Position numbers and translations under genes: made by a program
The notes under the pieces: model-generated
What the model was told of the DNA's origin: nothing
Seen by the model: only the letters and a program-made list of their open reading frames with translations
The model's database searches: none
Assembly (NCBI GenBank): GCA_047495785.1
Contig: JBLDXI010000010.1
Coordinates: 1,860,001 to 1,924,000, forward strand
DNA: 64,000 nt
Reading direction: 5' to 3'
Origin: Lepidodermella squamata
Lineage: Eukaryota > Animalia > Gastrotricha
Part shown: one piece after another, positions 23,009-34,376 of the stretch
How positions within the stretch are numbered: position 1 is the stretch's first letter
How the letters are laid out: every line of letters begins with the position of its first letter

Positions 23009-25336
23009 TCATCGAATAGCTGACGATCGGCTTTGGAACGCATTGTCGTAAGTGGTGCTGCGTCTCCCCATTGTCCCTATTTCACCCTTCGCAGTCTTTG
23101 AGACTTTGAGCAGCATTGTTGAAACAATAAATGACACCAGCAGATCAATTATCGCTAGTCCGACTTGCTGATCTAAAGGATTCCGAAGCATTAGCAAAAT
23201 CAAGCTGGAACAAGGTATAACAGTCAACAAATTGATTACAATGACTGACATCTCCCTGAACCCGGGCATCAAATCATCTCGTCCAGATTGTTTGAGATTG
23301 AACAAAGCAAACGCAGCCGGGATTAATATAGCGAAATTAGCTGACAAGAGGCTTGCAAGCCAAGACGTATGGTCTGTGGAGGTGCAGACGATGACGTAGC
23401 TTTCAACATACTCATCAGCCCCCTCATCGCGGTAACCCAATCCGATATTAGCCTCAGCGCACTGCAATGGTTCAATGGCAAACAGCCATAGACTTAGTAT
23501 GAGAATATTAAGAAAAAGGAAGCCAAAAGATGCCTTTAACGCTCCGAAGCCATTGAATACCATTGCCTTAGGAGATTCGAAAACGATTATGGGGAAAGTG
23601 GATTTCCGTCTAGACGATCGTGGTCCAGTACTTTGATGTTGAATAGTTCGATTCATTACTAAAATCTGAAACGATACTGTTGACGTTACGATTGATAGGG
23701 ACGTAAATTGAATAAACAGTCGAACAATCCACATGATTTGCGGTGCAATCGAAGTTTCGAGAACGAAGAATATCGCAGACAAACACAACAGCATGCTACC
23801 TGATAGACAGCAATTTATCATATGCGGACAGCTCAACTTCTCTCGTTGCACAAACACAGTGATACTAATGTAGAGTTGGAATATGATGGAGAAACCAGAA
23901 ATCGTCGAAACTGCTATCATATGAACCCAGCTGTTATCTATCAAGCGTTTAACTACAGATTCCAGATCTTTTGGGCTTTTGCCATCCACGGTTGGCCAGG
24001 GAAATTTCCCCACTAACAGCGTTACTTTAACGTTCTCATATTCATTGCTCGAATTGGAAGAAATACTCATAGCTTGGACCAATTTAGACCCATTCAGAAG
24101 AGTAACATAGTATGGCATACCTTGAAGATTTCCCTTACTGTCATAATTTACAGCTGAGGTTCTCAGCGGATTGTATTTGATAGCAACGAAGTTTTCCTTC
24201 GCTGCCTCTATGATTAAACCAGGCTTGGTTACAAAATCTCTCAGAGAAATATTCCTCAAGCTCAAGTCTCTCTCTGTCCTATCTAGGGCCACTATAGTTT
24301 GCATCACCGTATCATGGCATACCCAATTGTAATCGTAGTCAGACGTTTTCACTCCTCGACTTCTCTCATTAAACAGAACATCGAATTCCCTTTTGCTGTA
24401 ACCAAAATCGCTAGCATGTGTTTCATCACCATCTCCATCGATTGTACCAAGGACCAGCGTTTGCCTGAACTGTTCACGAAGGATCTCCTTCTTGCAACTA
24501 AGACTTGTAGATTGGTCCAAAACTAAATTCCAAAGCGATTGAATTCCTGTGTCCATTCCCAAGAACAAATACTTGCGCCCTTTCAAGTCAGCCTCGTAAG
24601 CCAAACAAAAAATATCAGCGAGCTGAAACCAGGAAGTACTGTAAATTATGATTATTCTCAGATCTATCTCCTTCAGATTTCGAGCAGCTTGCAAGTCGAA
24701 ACTAGCCACTGTTTCAAATACAGGAACTGCTACGCCTTGCGACTGAGCTGCGTTCAAAAAATGAAGACCACCTGTGAAATCGTTAGAATTTTCCTGATTG
24801 ATGATAACAGCTATATTGCGCCACTTTCCGATTGTCTTCATAAATTTGATGTAACCGAAATTTTTGTTTACCATAGTAGTAAGCGACAGGTACATATTAG
24901 GGTACCTTTTACGGTCTGATAGAACTGGGTGCGTACATATTGATGACAGACTCATAAAATTGATGTGATGCAGAAAATTCCCAATTCCACGACATCCGTT
25001 CGAATTCCAAGGCCCTGCAGCTATCGGAGATGGATATACCACCGAATCTCCTCGGTTTTCGAAATAATTTCGGTAGTAGTCAATGAAAGCTGTCGGGGCG
25101 TTATTTCCTGCTACTTTCTCGTCACCAAATACGAGTTCAACATTGTAAGCGGGTAGATACTTGGTGTTGTTGTTAGCCCATTCAGCTGCTAGCGATGAAG
25201 CCAATCGACACATGATAGGGACGTGATCTGTCCCAGTGATTCGACTTTGGACATGCAAAGCCAACCTATAGGGCTTCGGTTGGCTAAGTTGTGCTTGGAT
25301 ATTTGGAAGGAATAGTAGTAATATTGTGAAAATCAT
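23009..25336 (-). CDS. Class C GPCR, GABA-B-like, paralog 3 (775 aa, intronless)
   Basis: Full-length close paralog of 3636..6020; ~230 bp of 5' flank is also shared (6020-6247 vs 25336-25565). Confidence 0.9.
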   Translation of the reverse strand: MIFTILLLFLPNIQAQLSQPKPYRLALHVQSRITGTDHVPIMCRLASSLAAEWANNNTKYLPAYNVELVFGDEKVAGNNAPTAFIDYYRNYFENRGDSVVYPSPIAAGPWNSNGCRGIGNFLHHINFMSLSSICTHPVLSDRKRYPNMYLSLTTMVNKNFGYIKFMKTIGKWRNIAVIINQENSNDFTGGLHFLNAAQSQGVAVPVFETVASFDLQAARNLKEIDLRIIIIYSTSWFQLADIFCLAYEADLKGRKYLFLGMDTGIQSLWNLVLDQSTSLSCKKEILREQFRQTLVLGTIDGDGDETHASDFGYSKREFDVLFNERSRGVKTSDYDYNWVCHDTVMQTIVALDRTERDLSLRNISLRDFVTKPGLIIEAAKENFVAIKYNPLRTSAVNYDSKGNLQGMPYYVTLLNGSKLVQAMSISSNSSNEYENVKVTLLVGKFPWPTVDGKSPKDLESVVKRLIDNSWVHMIAVSTISGFSIIFQLYISITVFVQREKLSCPHMINCCLSGSMLLCLSAIFFVLETSIAPQIMWIVRLFIQFTSLSIVTSTVSFQILVMNRTIQHQSTGPRSSRRKSTFPIIVFESPKAMVFNGFGALKASFGFLFLNILILSLWLFAIEPLQCAEANIGLGYRDEGADEYVESYVIVCTSTDHTSWLASLLSANFAILIPAAFALFNLKQSGRDDLMPGFREMSVIVINLLTVIPCSSLILLMLRNPLDQQVGLAIIDLLVSFIVSTMLLKVSKTAKGEIGTMGRRSTTYDNAFQSRSSAIR

Positions 25337-25649
25337 TTTTGCGTTGAATTAGTGTTAATGCTTCAATCTACTTTCGTTCAGAGTTTCAAACTCGAAATAT
25401 AATGATCCCGGCATGGAGGCGGGAGTTATTAGCCGGATCATCGATAGGGAATAACTCTCGAATTAGAATTGTTTAACGTGATTTAAAGCATAGAAGCAAC
25501 GATGCCAAGCGCCTAAATGACCATATCATATGAAGCTATTAGGACACATTTTTGGCGTCTAGTTACTAGTGTCACCCGCTAACGGACAACTGAATGAACA
25601 TATATTTATAAATTATTCACAGTGTGCATATTTGAAATCTGAAGTTGAG

Positions 25650-25940
25650 CTATCTTCTAGCCAAAGGAACTCCTCCATCCCCCTTTGGCTCTGTAAGGCA
25701 TTGTTCCTGTAAAATCTCACTGAAATGTTTCACCAACTCAAGCCCAGCCCCTTCAGATGACGCTAATTCTGAAATTCGGTAGAAATGTTCATGCACATGT
25801 CGCCAACTCAGAAAATACTCTACTCTGGTATTCGTCACAGAGATACCCCGAGGCAATACCAATCCCTTAACATGCGTGAGGTACAGTTTCCTCACTGTTT
25901 CGTATTTCGTAGAATTAAACAAAACCTTGAGGGTGTCCAT
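25650..25940 (-). CDS. Hypothetical 96-aa protein
   Basis: ATG-started ORF with protein-like composition, divergent from 26311..26532; no recognisable motif. Confidence 0.3.
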   Translation of the reverse strand: MDTLKVLFNSTKYETVRKLYLTHVKGLVLPRGISVTNTRVEYFLSWRHVHEHFYRISELASSEGAGLELVKHFSEILQEQCLTEPKGDGGVPLARR

Positions 25941-26310
25941 GATTATTGGTGATTTTAGCTTATCAAAGCCTTTCGCACCTTATGATTCGTAAAAAGCAAA
26001 TTTACAGCAATATGTGGCCACATCAGCACGTGGAATGAATAATTGCATGCACTGAGCCCAGAAACCACGCCACTCGTACTTACGTTGCTTGGTGCGCTAG
26101 TCAATACTCATTATTTATTGAAGACAATGCGAGTGCGCGCCGAATCATCGCTACATGAAATCATCGCGATGACAACGGCCAACACACGCGTCGCTTGGGG
26201 AGTGCGTATATAAGCCGCCCGCTGCGGGACTCACTCTCAGCCTCCCACGAAAATATAAATTCGTTTACTCCGCTGAAAACCACTCTCACTCGCACACAAT
26301 CCCGTCAACA

Positions 26311-26532
26311 ATGCCATTGACTCAAATTGCCAGCGAGCCGATGTTCATGGAGAGCGAAGGCGATATTTTGAACGAGAGCTTCTCGAGGAACCTGCTTGTT
26401 TCGCAGAGCCTTCGCAGCAAAAAGTGGCGATTCGTGGTGCTCTACGCTAACGACATGTGGCGGAAGCTTCAGCAGAAAGTTCACCGTCAAAGACTGCTTC
26501 GCTCGAGATCTGGCTTTCAAAAATTCGAGTGA
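26311..26532 (+). CDS. Putative 73-aa microprotein
   Basis: TATATAAG at ~26208, CAACAATG start context, AATAAA at 26601, GC-richer codons than the flanks. Confidence 0.5.
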   Translation: MPLTQIASEPMFMESEGDILNESFSRNLLVSQSLRSKKWRFVVLYANDMWRKLQQKVHRQRLLRSRSGFQKFE

Positions 26533-27250
26533 ATGTAGCATTTGTTTGTATAAAAAAACTGTCGTCGTTCATTACAATTGTTGAGCAATTTTCTCAGAAC
26601 AATAAAGCGAAATGATTCATAAAGCGAATGGATTTTTCGGAATTGTTGTCAGAATTTTCTGCCTTAATGTTCTTTCTGCTCATTTCTCCCTTAGAGATAA
26701 CTCGAAAGGATTACTCAACTGCTCACTGCTCACTTGCACTTCAGTGGTTTGTTTCAGTGCAAGCTGGCAAATTGACGATATGTACAACGTTTTCAATCAA
26801 TATTTTATCGATCAAACTTTCTTTGCGCTTTAGCCAAACAGAGCAGTTCAATAGAAATTGCGCTATGGCATATGAGCTATGGCTACAAGTCCAAATTCTT
26901 CAAAGGGAAAAATATTTGCGAGAAAAATTCTGTAAACCTTTATCCGTATATTATGTCAGACCAGTGAACACTAGTAAAATCAACAATTGTATAATTTTGA
27001 GTATTATTTCCTTTCAGCTTGATTGTTTGTTAAAACTTCCTTTTCTCACAGCCAAGGCAGTAAATTAGAATGACCGATCTCAGCAGATAATTTTGCAATA
27101 TAGATATCATTCAGCGATCAGCCAAACAGCTCCAGACATAGATCGGCAGAGTATTTCACTGAAGTTACTGAACCCTGTTTCAAAATCTCATTTACTTCAA
27201 AATTTAATATTGAATGATCTAGCTAATTAAAAAGTCTGCGATCCACACAA

Positions 27251-29636
27251 TCACGAGCCACCGCGAGCTGCCAAGTACCGAGCCAGCGCGTACTTGCCAC
27301 TGGCATAGGCGACCTGCACCGGCGTCTCGCCCCGGTAATTAGCCTGCCACAGTGACGCACCAGCATCCACCAAATACACAGCAGCATCCGCGAAGCCGAA
27401 AAACGCCGCTAAATGCAGAGGAGTCGAACCGCTCTGACTATCCACCGCATTAATATTCGCGCCATACCGTAGCAAAATCGAGCAGACATCGACATATCCC
27501 AACTGAACGGCGTAGTGTAGAGGGGTCCTGTTAAATTGGCCTCTGACGTCAACATTCGCCCCACTCCTGAGTAACAGCGTGACCATGTCCTTATTCCTCA
27601 TCAAAACCGCTGTGTGAAGAGCAGCGTCGCCCTGGTTGTTCTTCGTCTCGAAGAAGCTTGAAACCAGAAGCTGGACAACATCTGAATGACCCATCGCCAC
27701 CGCAGTGTGTAGGGCAGTATTCCCAGTAGCAGGGGATCTAAATACAGGATTAGCCCCGTTTTCCAACATTGACGCAACTAAGGGTAGATTTCGGTCCTGA
27801 ATTGCGTTGATGAACATAATTGGACCCATATCAACTGCCGGGGTTGTAGTTGTAGGTCGGGCTGGAGGTCTGGGTGGTATAGCTCCCTTTGCTATAAGGA
27901 CTTGAATAACGCCAGTTGCATTTCGAGCCATGGCTAACGTAAGAGGTGTCTGACCGAAACTAGTCGCGGCGTTAGGATCAGCCCCCCGCTCTAATAACAA
28001 CCTGGCCACGGCAGTTCTTCCAAAAGTCGCTGCTAAACACAAAGGAGTGGCGCCTGTATCGTTATCCCTCGCCTCAATGTCAGCGCCATAGCGTAGGAGA
28101 GTGGCGGCCACTTGAACAAATCCGAGATCAGCAGCGTAATGCAGCGGCGTTCGCCCGTACTGGCCTTTCACCTCGACCGAAAACGGGCTCTTGATCAGCA
28201 TACACTCAACCCATCGCGACTGGTTCTGGAGCACTGCCATGTGAAGGCTTGAATCGCCTAGTACATTGCCTTGTGCGTAGGTTTGCACGAACCGAGCTAG
28301 CTCATATGACTCGCACTCAATAGCCCTGGAACCTCCACTAGGCTGGAGGTAGATCGCAATGTCATTTGTATCTTCGTCCAGAACTTGAACACCACCTCGC
28401 CTAGCTTGCCTGAACACATTTTCGACGGGTCGAATTGGCCGGGTAACCTCGGGAAGTTGAGTAACCTGGAAATCATTGCTATACCCGATGCGATAAGACG
28501 TGCTGATACTGCAGACAACTGAAGTTGAATTAGACCATAAACCAGTTGAGAGGCACTCGCTTTGCCTCGATCCATTTGTTAATTGGAATCCTTCGTTACA
28601 GTCAAAGATGATAACAGTTCCAACCGGGACGTAATCCCTAGATTCCGAGTAATTGCTCCGACTTAGTGAAACTAGTCCATTTTGAGGTCGATTCGGCATT
28701 TGGCAATATTTTGCTGTTGTTCTGTTGACACAGTCCCAGAGTAAAGATGACCATTCACCAGTTTCAAGACATTCAATTTCGCGGAGTTGGACTGGAACGT
28801 TGATTTCCATACCAGTGGGACATGAGTAAGTAAGCTTGGTTCCGATTTTTTCGTAGTCAGAGGTTGGGTCTGAAACCTTCCAATCGCCAGTCAACTTCTT
28901 CTTGAGTAGCTGCATATGCTGAGGGAATCTGACCTTGGGGCATCCGACAACTGACATCGGCTCTGGCGTAGAAACACTTCGAGCTGAAAAAGAGGTGTGG
29001 ATCAGGCGGGGAGAAATCTATTATTCGAGACTTACCACTGCTATCCTCACAGTGCGGAGGGTCACGGGACCAGATTCCTTCTTTCATACAGGTGATTTCC
29101 ATAACATCAGACCTCCTAGCCTCTAATCCTTCCACGCATTCGAAGGTTAGCGTTGTATTAGCTGCGAAGCCGTAAAAAGGCGAGATTCCATCAGACGCAG
29201 TGGGCGGAGCTGAAATTCGTGTAATTTTGATCGAAGAAGTTAGATTCGGCATTAAGCAGAGGGAATCTAGAAGCTTGAAAATGTAAGTACCTATCACTTT
29301 TTGAAGTTGGAACTTACTTTCACATTTTCCGAAAGTGTTGGACCATTTTCCGCTTTCAAGGCATGAAATTATAGAGGATCCGTTTGAAACTCGAACACCA
29401 GAGGCACATTTTATCATAAGGATAGACCCAACATCGAAGGGCAGGCCAACGGAGGTGTTGTCAGCGATTCGCGTCTTCAAGCCGTCCAGATCTTCGTGGA
29501 ATAGTAGAATTTTCGACCAGTCGAGGTCATTCGGCAGCTGGCAGTGCAGATCATTATTAGACGACCCAGCCGCACCCAGTCGAAAATTAATTGACAATAA
29601 AAAAAGGCTTAACAAGGACAGAACTAAGCTCGCCAT
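27251..29636 (-). CDS. Secreted protein: signal peptide + 4 Sushi/CCP domains + two ankyrin-repeat blocks (3 exons)
   Basis: MASLVLSLLSLFLLSINFRLGAAG signal; four C..C..(G)xW..C CCP modules; about 9-10 ankyrin repeats (GRTPLHYAA, GATPLCLAA, GNTALHTAV, etc.). GT-AG introns at 29267-29317 (51 nt) and 28984-29035 (52 nt) join ORFs 28857..29636 and 27251..28957 in frame. Confidence 0.85.
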
Positions 29637-31246
29637 TTTTGCTCGACGTAAATTGCGCTTTAGTTGCTAGATAGTTATGATATACGCACGTTTTTTTTGT
29701 CGTCAATTGCTCCACCTTAACTCCTCCTTGACGTTTAATTGATCTTATAACACATATAATTTCGCCTTAACACATCTCTCTACGCTCGTGTTCACGTTAT
29801 CACGCGCGTTAGGCCATTTGGCTATTTTACAATCGCCACTGGCCATGCACGCGGCTTATGTCTTAATAGCGGTTATTACATCCATTAAACAAGGAATAAG
29901 GAATAATGTTGCACTTGCAACACGTGTATGCAATTGCCGTAGTGTTGAGCTAACATAGCTAAAGATCTAGAAGGTTAGTTTTTTCGCTCATTTGTCATCC
30001 GTGAGATAAGCGCGGTTTCGTGCAGCATTTTGTTGTAAAATTGACATCTCATCATTATCAGGCGGCGTGTTAAACTAGTGGTCAAGAGTTAAACCCTCAT
30101 GAATTACACTTTACGTAGGCGCTTCTGCCGGCATCACCATCAGCGGTTTAGCATGAAACCGCGAAAAAGTTGATTGCTGCGATAAGAAATCTTATTTTCT
30201 GTGGCTCATTTTCAACAAAACGCAGAAGCTTAACGGTTGCAGTTTTTTTTAACAATGACGTGTGAAATAACAAAGTCGCGTTTTAAAGCGGCTCATGTGA
30301 GCTCGCAGCTAAATTGCGGATGCTACCGTGAAGGGGAAAAACTATGTTCACTTCAAACACCCTAAACTATGCACAAATTTTGATAGCCATATTGGCGAGA
30401 GTTCGCTACAATACAAATAAACTCAAAAGCCATCAGTGTGCGATCGTGGATCTTTGAGCTGCCTGGGATCGAATACATTTTTTTATATATTTTCCAAATT
30501 ACTTTTTATTTCAAAGCAATATTTGAGCTTCACAATGTTCAAGAATCTCCTTTTATTATGCTCCGAATTCTCAAAAAATTGACGAAACAGTGGGTTACAT
30601 TTTCTTTAGCTTGAGGACAAAAATCGAAAATATTCTATGCTTTTCTTCTTGGTTCCATCAGGGCCCTTTTGATTTGTGTAAGAAAGATTTGTTGATGGTC
30701 ACAACCGATTAACATTTTGAAAAATATCTGGGAGCTTTGCTACGGCTAGTGGAATGTCAAACTCACCTAGCTTTCCTGCAACGAATACCGACGATAAAGA
30801 TGAGTAACCTATTAAACTTGATACAGACTCGAGCAAGGAAAGGACGATTACAAGGACGATTTAAATGCATAATATCTATAAAGACATACATAATATGGCT
30901 TTATGTGGCTTTATTACCGCACTAGGACAAAAGTTCTTTTTCATTGGGTTACTGTAGCTCAATTTCTGTGCCATTAAGTCTTCGAATACATTTTTGTATT
31001 GTCTAAACGCAATAAAAATATTTGGAATTTACACATTTAAACATAAAGTCATACCATGTTCCTCTCAGCGTGTCCCCGAAAGAGGATAGTAAAAAAGTGG
31101 AATTTGGAATTGACGCAGCTTCATTACACTTCCCGAGTGCGCATGTGCACGTGAATCCTGTATATTCTATCGGCATCTGATTTGTAAGTACGATATTTCA
31201 GCTGTCGTTGAAAAAACACAGATCCTGACAGAGATCCCGTTCATTT

Positions 31247-31311
31247 TCCTGGCGGTACGACCACGCGAGTACGGGGGATGGCAGCTGAAACGATCATCCC
31301 ACGTAAGGATT
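31247..31311 (+). promoter_or_regulatory. Block identical upstream of both repeat-protein genes (candidate cis-element)
   Basis: TCCTGGCGGTACGACCACGCGAGTACGGGGGATGGCAGCTGAAACGATCATCCCACGTAAGGATT occurs in reverse complement at ~48609-48673, while the sequence just upstream is diverged. Confidence 0.45.
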
Positions 31312-31403
31312 GGGCTATTAAAGCGGGCGAAATTCATAGCTGAAATCACAACTATCCTTCTACTACTAATCTATAAAGTTCACTAAATAATCAAATACAA
31401 AAG

Positions 31404-32366
31404 ATGTTCGTCCGCATTGCGTTGGTTGCTGCTCTCTTTGCCGCCGTCTTGGCTGCCCCTCAGGGTCCTCCTCCGGCCTCTGGCTCCGGCTCGATTGCCC
31501 GCCACCTTCAGGGACCTCCTCCCCCTCCTCATGGTTCTCACTCCCAGGAGCACTCCAATGAGCACTCCGAGGAATCATCCGAGGAAGAGGAATCTGAAGA
31601 AGAAGAAGAAGCGGAAGCCCGTCAGCAGCAGTCTGGCTCCGGAGTTGCCCAGACTCGTCAGCAGCAGCAGCAGCAGCAGCAGTCTGGCTCTGCTCCTGCC
31701 ATGGCTCGTTGCAACAAGAGTTCCACCACCCAGAAGGCCGCCGCTGCCCGCCAGCAGTCTGGTTCTGGTTCCGCTGCTCTCAAGTCTCGTCAGCAGCAGC
31801 AGTCTGGCTCTGGCTCCGCTGCCCCCAAGTCTCGTCAGCAGCAGCAGTCTGGCTCTGGCTCCGCTGCCCCCAAGTCTCGTCAGCAGCAGCAGTCCGGCTC
31901 TGGCTCCGCTGCCCCCAAGTCTCGTCAGCAGCAGCAGTCCGGCTCTGGCTCCGCTGCCCCCAAGTCTCGCCAACAGCAGCAGTCCGGCTCTGGCTCCGGC
32001 GTTGCTAAAGCTCGTCAGCAGCAGCAGTCTGGCTCTGGCTCCGCTGCCCCCAAGGCCCGTCAGCAGCAGCAGTCTGGTTCTGGCTCCGCTGCCCCCAAGT
32101 CTCGCCAACAGCAGCAGTCCGGCTCTGGCTCCGGCGTTGCTAAAGCTCGTCAGCAGCAGCAGTCTGGTTCTGGTTCCGCTGCCCCCAAGTCTCGTCAGCA
32201 GCAGCAGTCCGGCTCTGGCTCCGCTGCCCCCAAGTCTCGTCAGCAGCAGCAGTCCGGCTCTGGCTCCGGCGTTGCTAAAGCTCGTCAGCAGCAGCAGTCC
32301 GGCTCTGGCTCCGCCGCTCCCAAGGCTCGTTGCAACAAGAGGTCCACCACCGCCGCCTCTGCATAA
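31404..32366 (+). CDS. Secreted low-complexity repeat protein, copy 1 (320 aa)
   Basis: Signal peptide MFVRIALVAALFAAVLA; Pro/His block; poly-Glu block; ~12 x 15-aa (S/A)RQQQQSGSGS(AAP/GVA)K; two ARCNK motifs; strongly biased codons. Confidence 0.85.
   Translation: MFVRIALVAALFAAVLAAPQGPPPASGSGSIARHLQGPPPPPHGSHSQEHSNEHSEESSEEEESEEEEEAEARQQQSGSGVAQTRQQQQQQQQSGSAPAMARCNKSSTTQKAAAARQQSGSGSAALKSRQQQQSGSGSAAPKSRQQQQSGSGSAAPKSRQQQQSGSGSAAPKSRQQQQSGSGSAAPKSRQQQQSGSGSGVAKARQQQQSGSGSAAPKARQQQQSGSGSAAPKSRQQQQSGSGSGVAKARQQQQSGSGSAAPKSRQQQQSGSGSAAPKSRQQQQSGSGSGVAKARQQQQSGSGSAAPKARCNKRSTTAASA
31784..32326 (+). repeat. 45-bp coding tandem repeat
   Basis: Unit TCTCGTCAGCAGCAGCAGTCTGGCTCTGGCTCCGCTGCCCCCAAG, ~12 copies. 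Confidence 0.95.
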
Positions 32367-33276
32367 ATAATTCTCGCTTTCTAGTTTCATCTAGTTTTAG
32401 TTTTCTCTGATTTCGACTTTAAACTGACATATCACCTTACTTGCGCCAACTGCAAGGAAAGGCTCCTATGCCGTACTTAGTTTCTTCACCTTTCGATTTC
32501 GTTATGAGGAGTGATACTCTGGAAAATAAATATATTTTGCTCTCAGTATATTCGCATGATGGATGACATTTCGCCCTGAGGCGCTCCACAAATTGAGTCC
32601 GGATCTGGTTGCTAGATCAGAGTTCGAATGTAACCAAAAGCCATTGAAGATAGTCGAAAAAAATCGTACAAGTTCGCTCCAAGCATAGAAGTTTAGAGCT
32701 CGATCAGAGAGAGGTTCCTGTTCCATCAAAATTACCTGTTATGTTTCCTCGAAGCGATGTGCGTTTCATGAAATTGGGTACCTGGACGCCGCGGCTTCAA
32801 AGCATCCTTAATACTTCCCCGAAAATTGAATAATGAGCTAGAATTACGTGGGAATGTTGACACTTTTATAGAGGAAACTTTGGAAAGCTTCTTATTCAAA
32901 AATTACATTTCAAAATAATTCAAATTCAACAATTCAAAATAATGTTTTTTTGCGAGCCGCGGCGTCTCATAGTCGGTCTCAGGATGCTTTTGGTTTTTGG
33001 TCCATGCCTGGCTCGTCTTTGTTTTCATTCAATGCTGTAACGCAGTCCTTTTTGGGCAGGGTAATTTCTGACACTTTTGGCTTTAAACGCGAGTTTCTCC
33101 ACAACCCAGGTAGATAGAAATACCGTTCAAAATGCAGGAGCTCCGAGTCTTGTCTTTCAAATGACACCAGAAATATGAGATTGGATTTGTTAACGAAGAA
33201 TGGTTGCACTTCTTCGCAGGTGAGCGCCGAGGTAAAATTTGCTTTGGCAGTATTTTTTGCTAGATAGAAACGTAAA

Positions 33277-34376
33277 AGTTTAGTTTAGTTTAGTTTAGTT
33301 TTATTTTGCTCCGTAAACATGATGAATATATGTATGTATCTATCACATAGATACTAGTTAATTATATATAACAAATTATATATTAGTCGATCAGGAGCCA
33401 GGGACACATATGCGCCCTGTCCACTCACATTATATTTTTGTAATAATATTTTTTATATGGTTTTTAAAGATTAGTCGATCATTAATATCTATAATAAAGG
33501 CTGGCAATTTGTTCCAATTATTTATAACTCTAAAGCTAAAGAAATGAAATAGCACATCAAGATGAGATTTACGCATCAGGAGAAAATATTTATGGCTACG
33601 TGTATCATAGTTTGATTTTTTAACATCGAAAAAACATTTCGTATCTAGATTAACATTGTCTTTCAATATATCAATATATATATATAATTAGTTACACATA
33701 TATCTCTAACCAAGTGACGCTGAATAATAGTTAAGCGGCTAGGTTTTAGAAGTCTTTTTTCGTAGTCATGCGTTTTCATCACGCGCCAGGTAAACGTTTT
33801 TTGCACACCTTCCAATAACTTTTGGTCGCCAATTAGTCTTGGAGACCAAACAGTACTACAATAAAGTAAGATGGGTAGCACATAAATGTCAAAGGCTTTC
33901 ATTAGTATTTCTGTTTTCTTCGTTTGGAACGAGCGTAAAATCATACCGCATATTTTTCTGGCTTTAGCAACAGTTTTGGCACATTGGCTGGAGAAAGTCA
34001 GACGGCTGTCAACAATAACACCCAGATCTTTAATTTCATCCACACATTCTAGATATTTTTGTCCGATTACAATATTTACACATTCAGTAGTATTAATTTT
34101 CAAAACAACACATTTGTCCGGGTTCAAAATAAGCTGGCGTTCTTTTAGATAGTTTACAATATTATCAACGTCTCTTTGGATATATTCATAGCTAAAACGT
34201 TTGGTGCTTTGATCAATAGGAGTTAAGGAGGTATGAGGAAATAGTTTAATATCATCGGCGAATAGACGAATGATGCTGAATTTGATATATTTTGGTAAGT
34301 CATTTATATACAATAAAAATAGCAAGGGGCCCAAGACACTCCCTTGTGGGACACCGCTGGTCACATCGTACAATTC
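33277..34376 (-). mobile_element. 5'-truncated non-LTR retrotransposon (CR1/L2/Jockey-group RT C-terminus) with (AAACT)n tail
   Basis: SGVPQGSVLGPLLFLLYINDL, LFADD, KDLGVIVD, YCSTVWSP, then FFSFRVINNWNKLP in another frame; tail repeat at 33278-33302; AT-rich. Confidence 0.9.

Noticed and set aside
31784-32326. Regular 45-bp repeats as a CRISPR array
   Set aside because: Head-to-tail coding repeats with no unique spacers, no cas genes, and a eukaryotic context.
31417-32390. Long alternative-frame and antisense ORFs (poly-Ser/Leu/Pro) over the repeat genes, also 47439..48503
   Set aside because: Shadows of a stop-free 45-bp repeat; only the MFVRIAL frame has a convincing signal peptide and biased codon usage.
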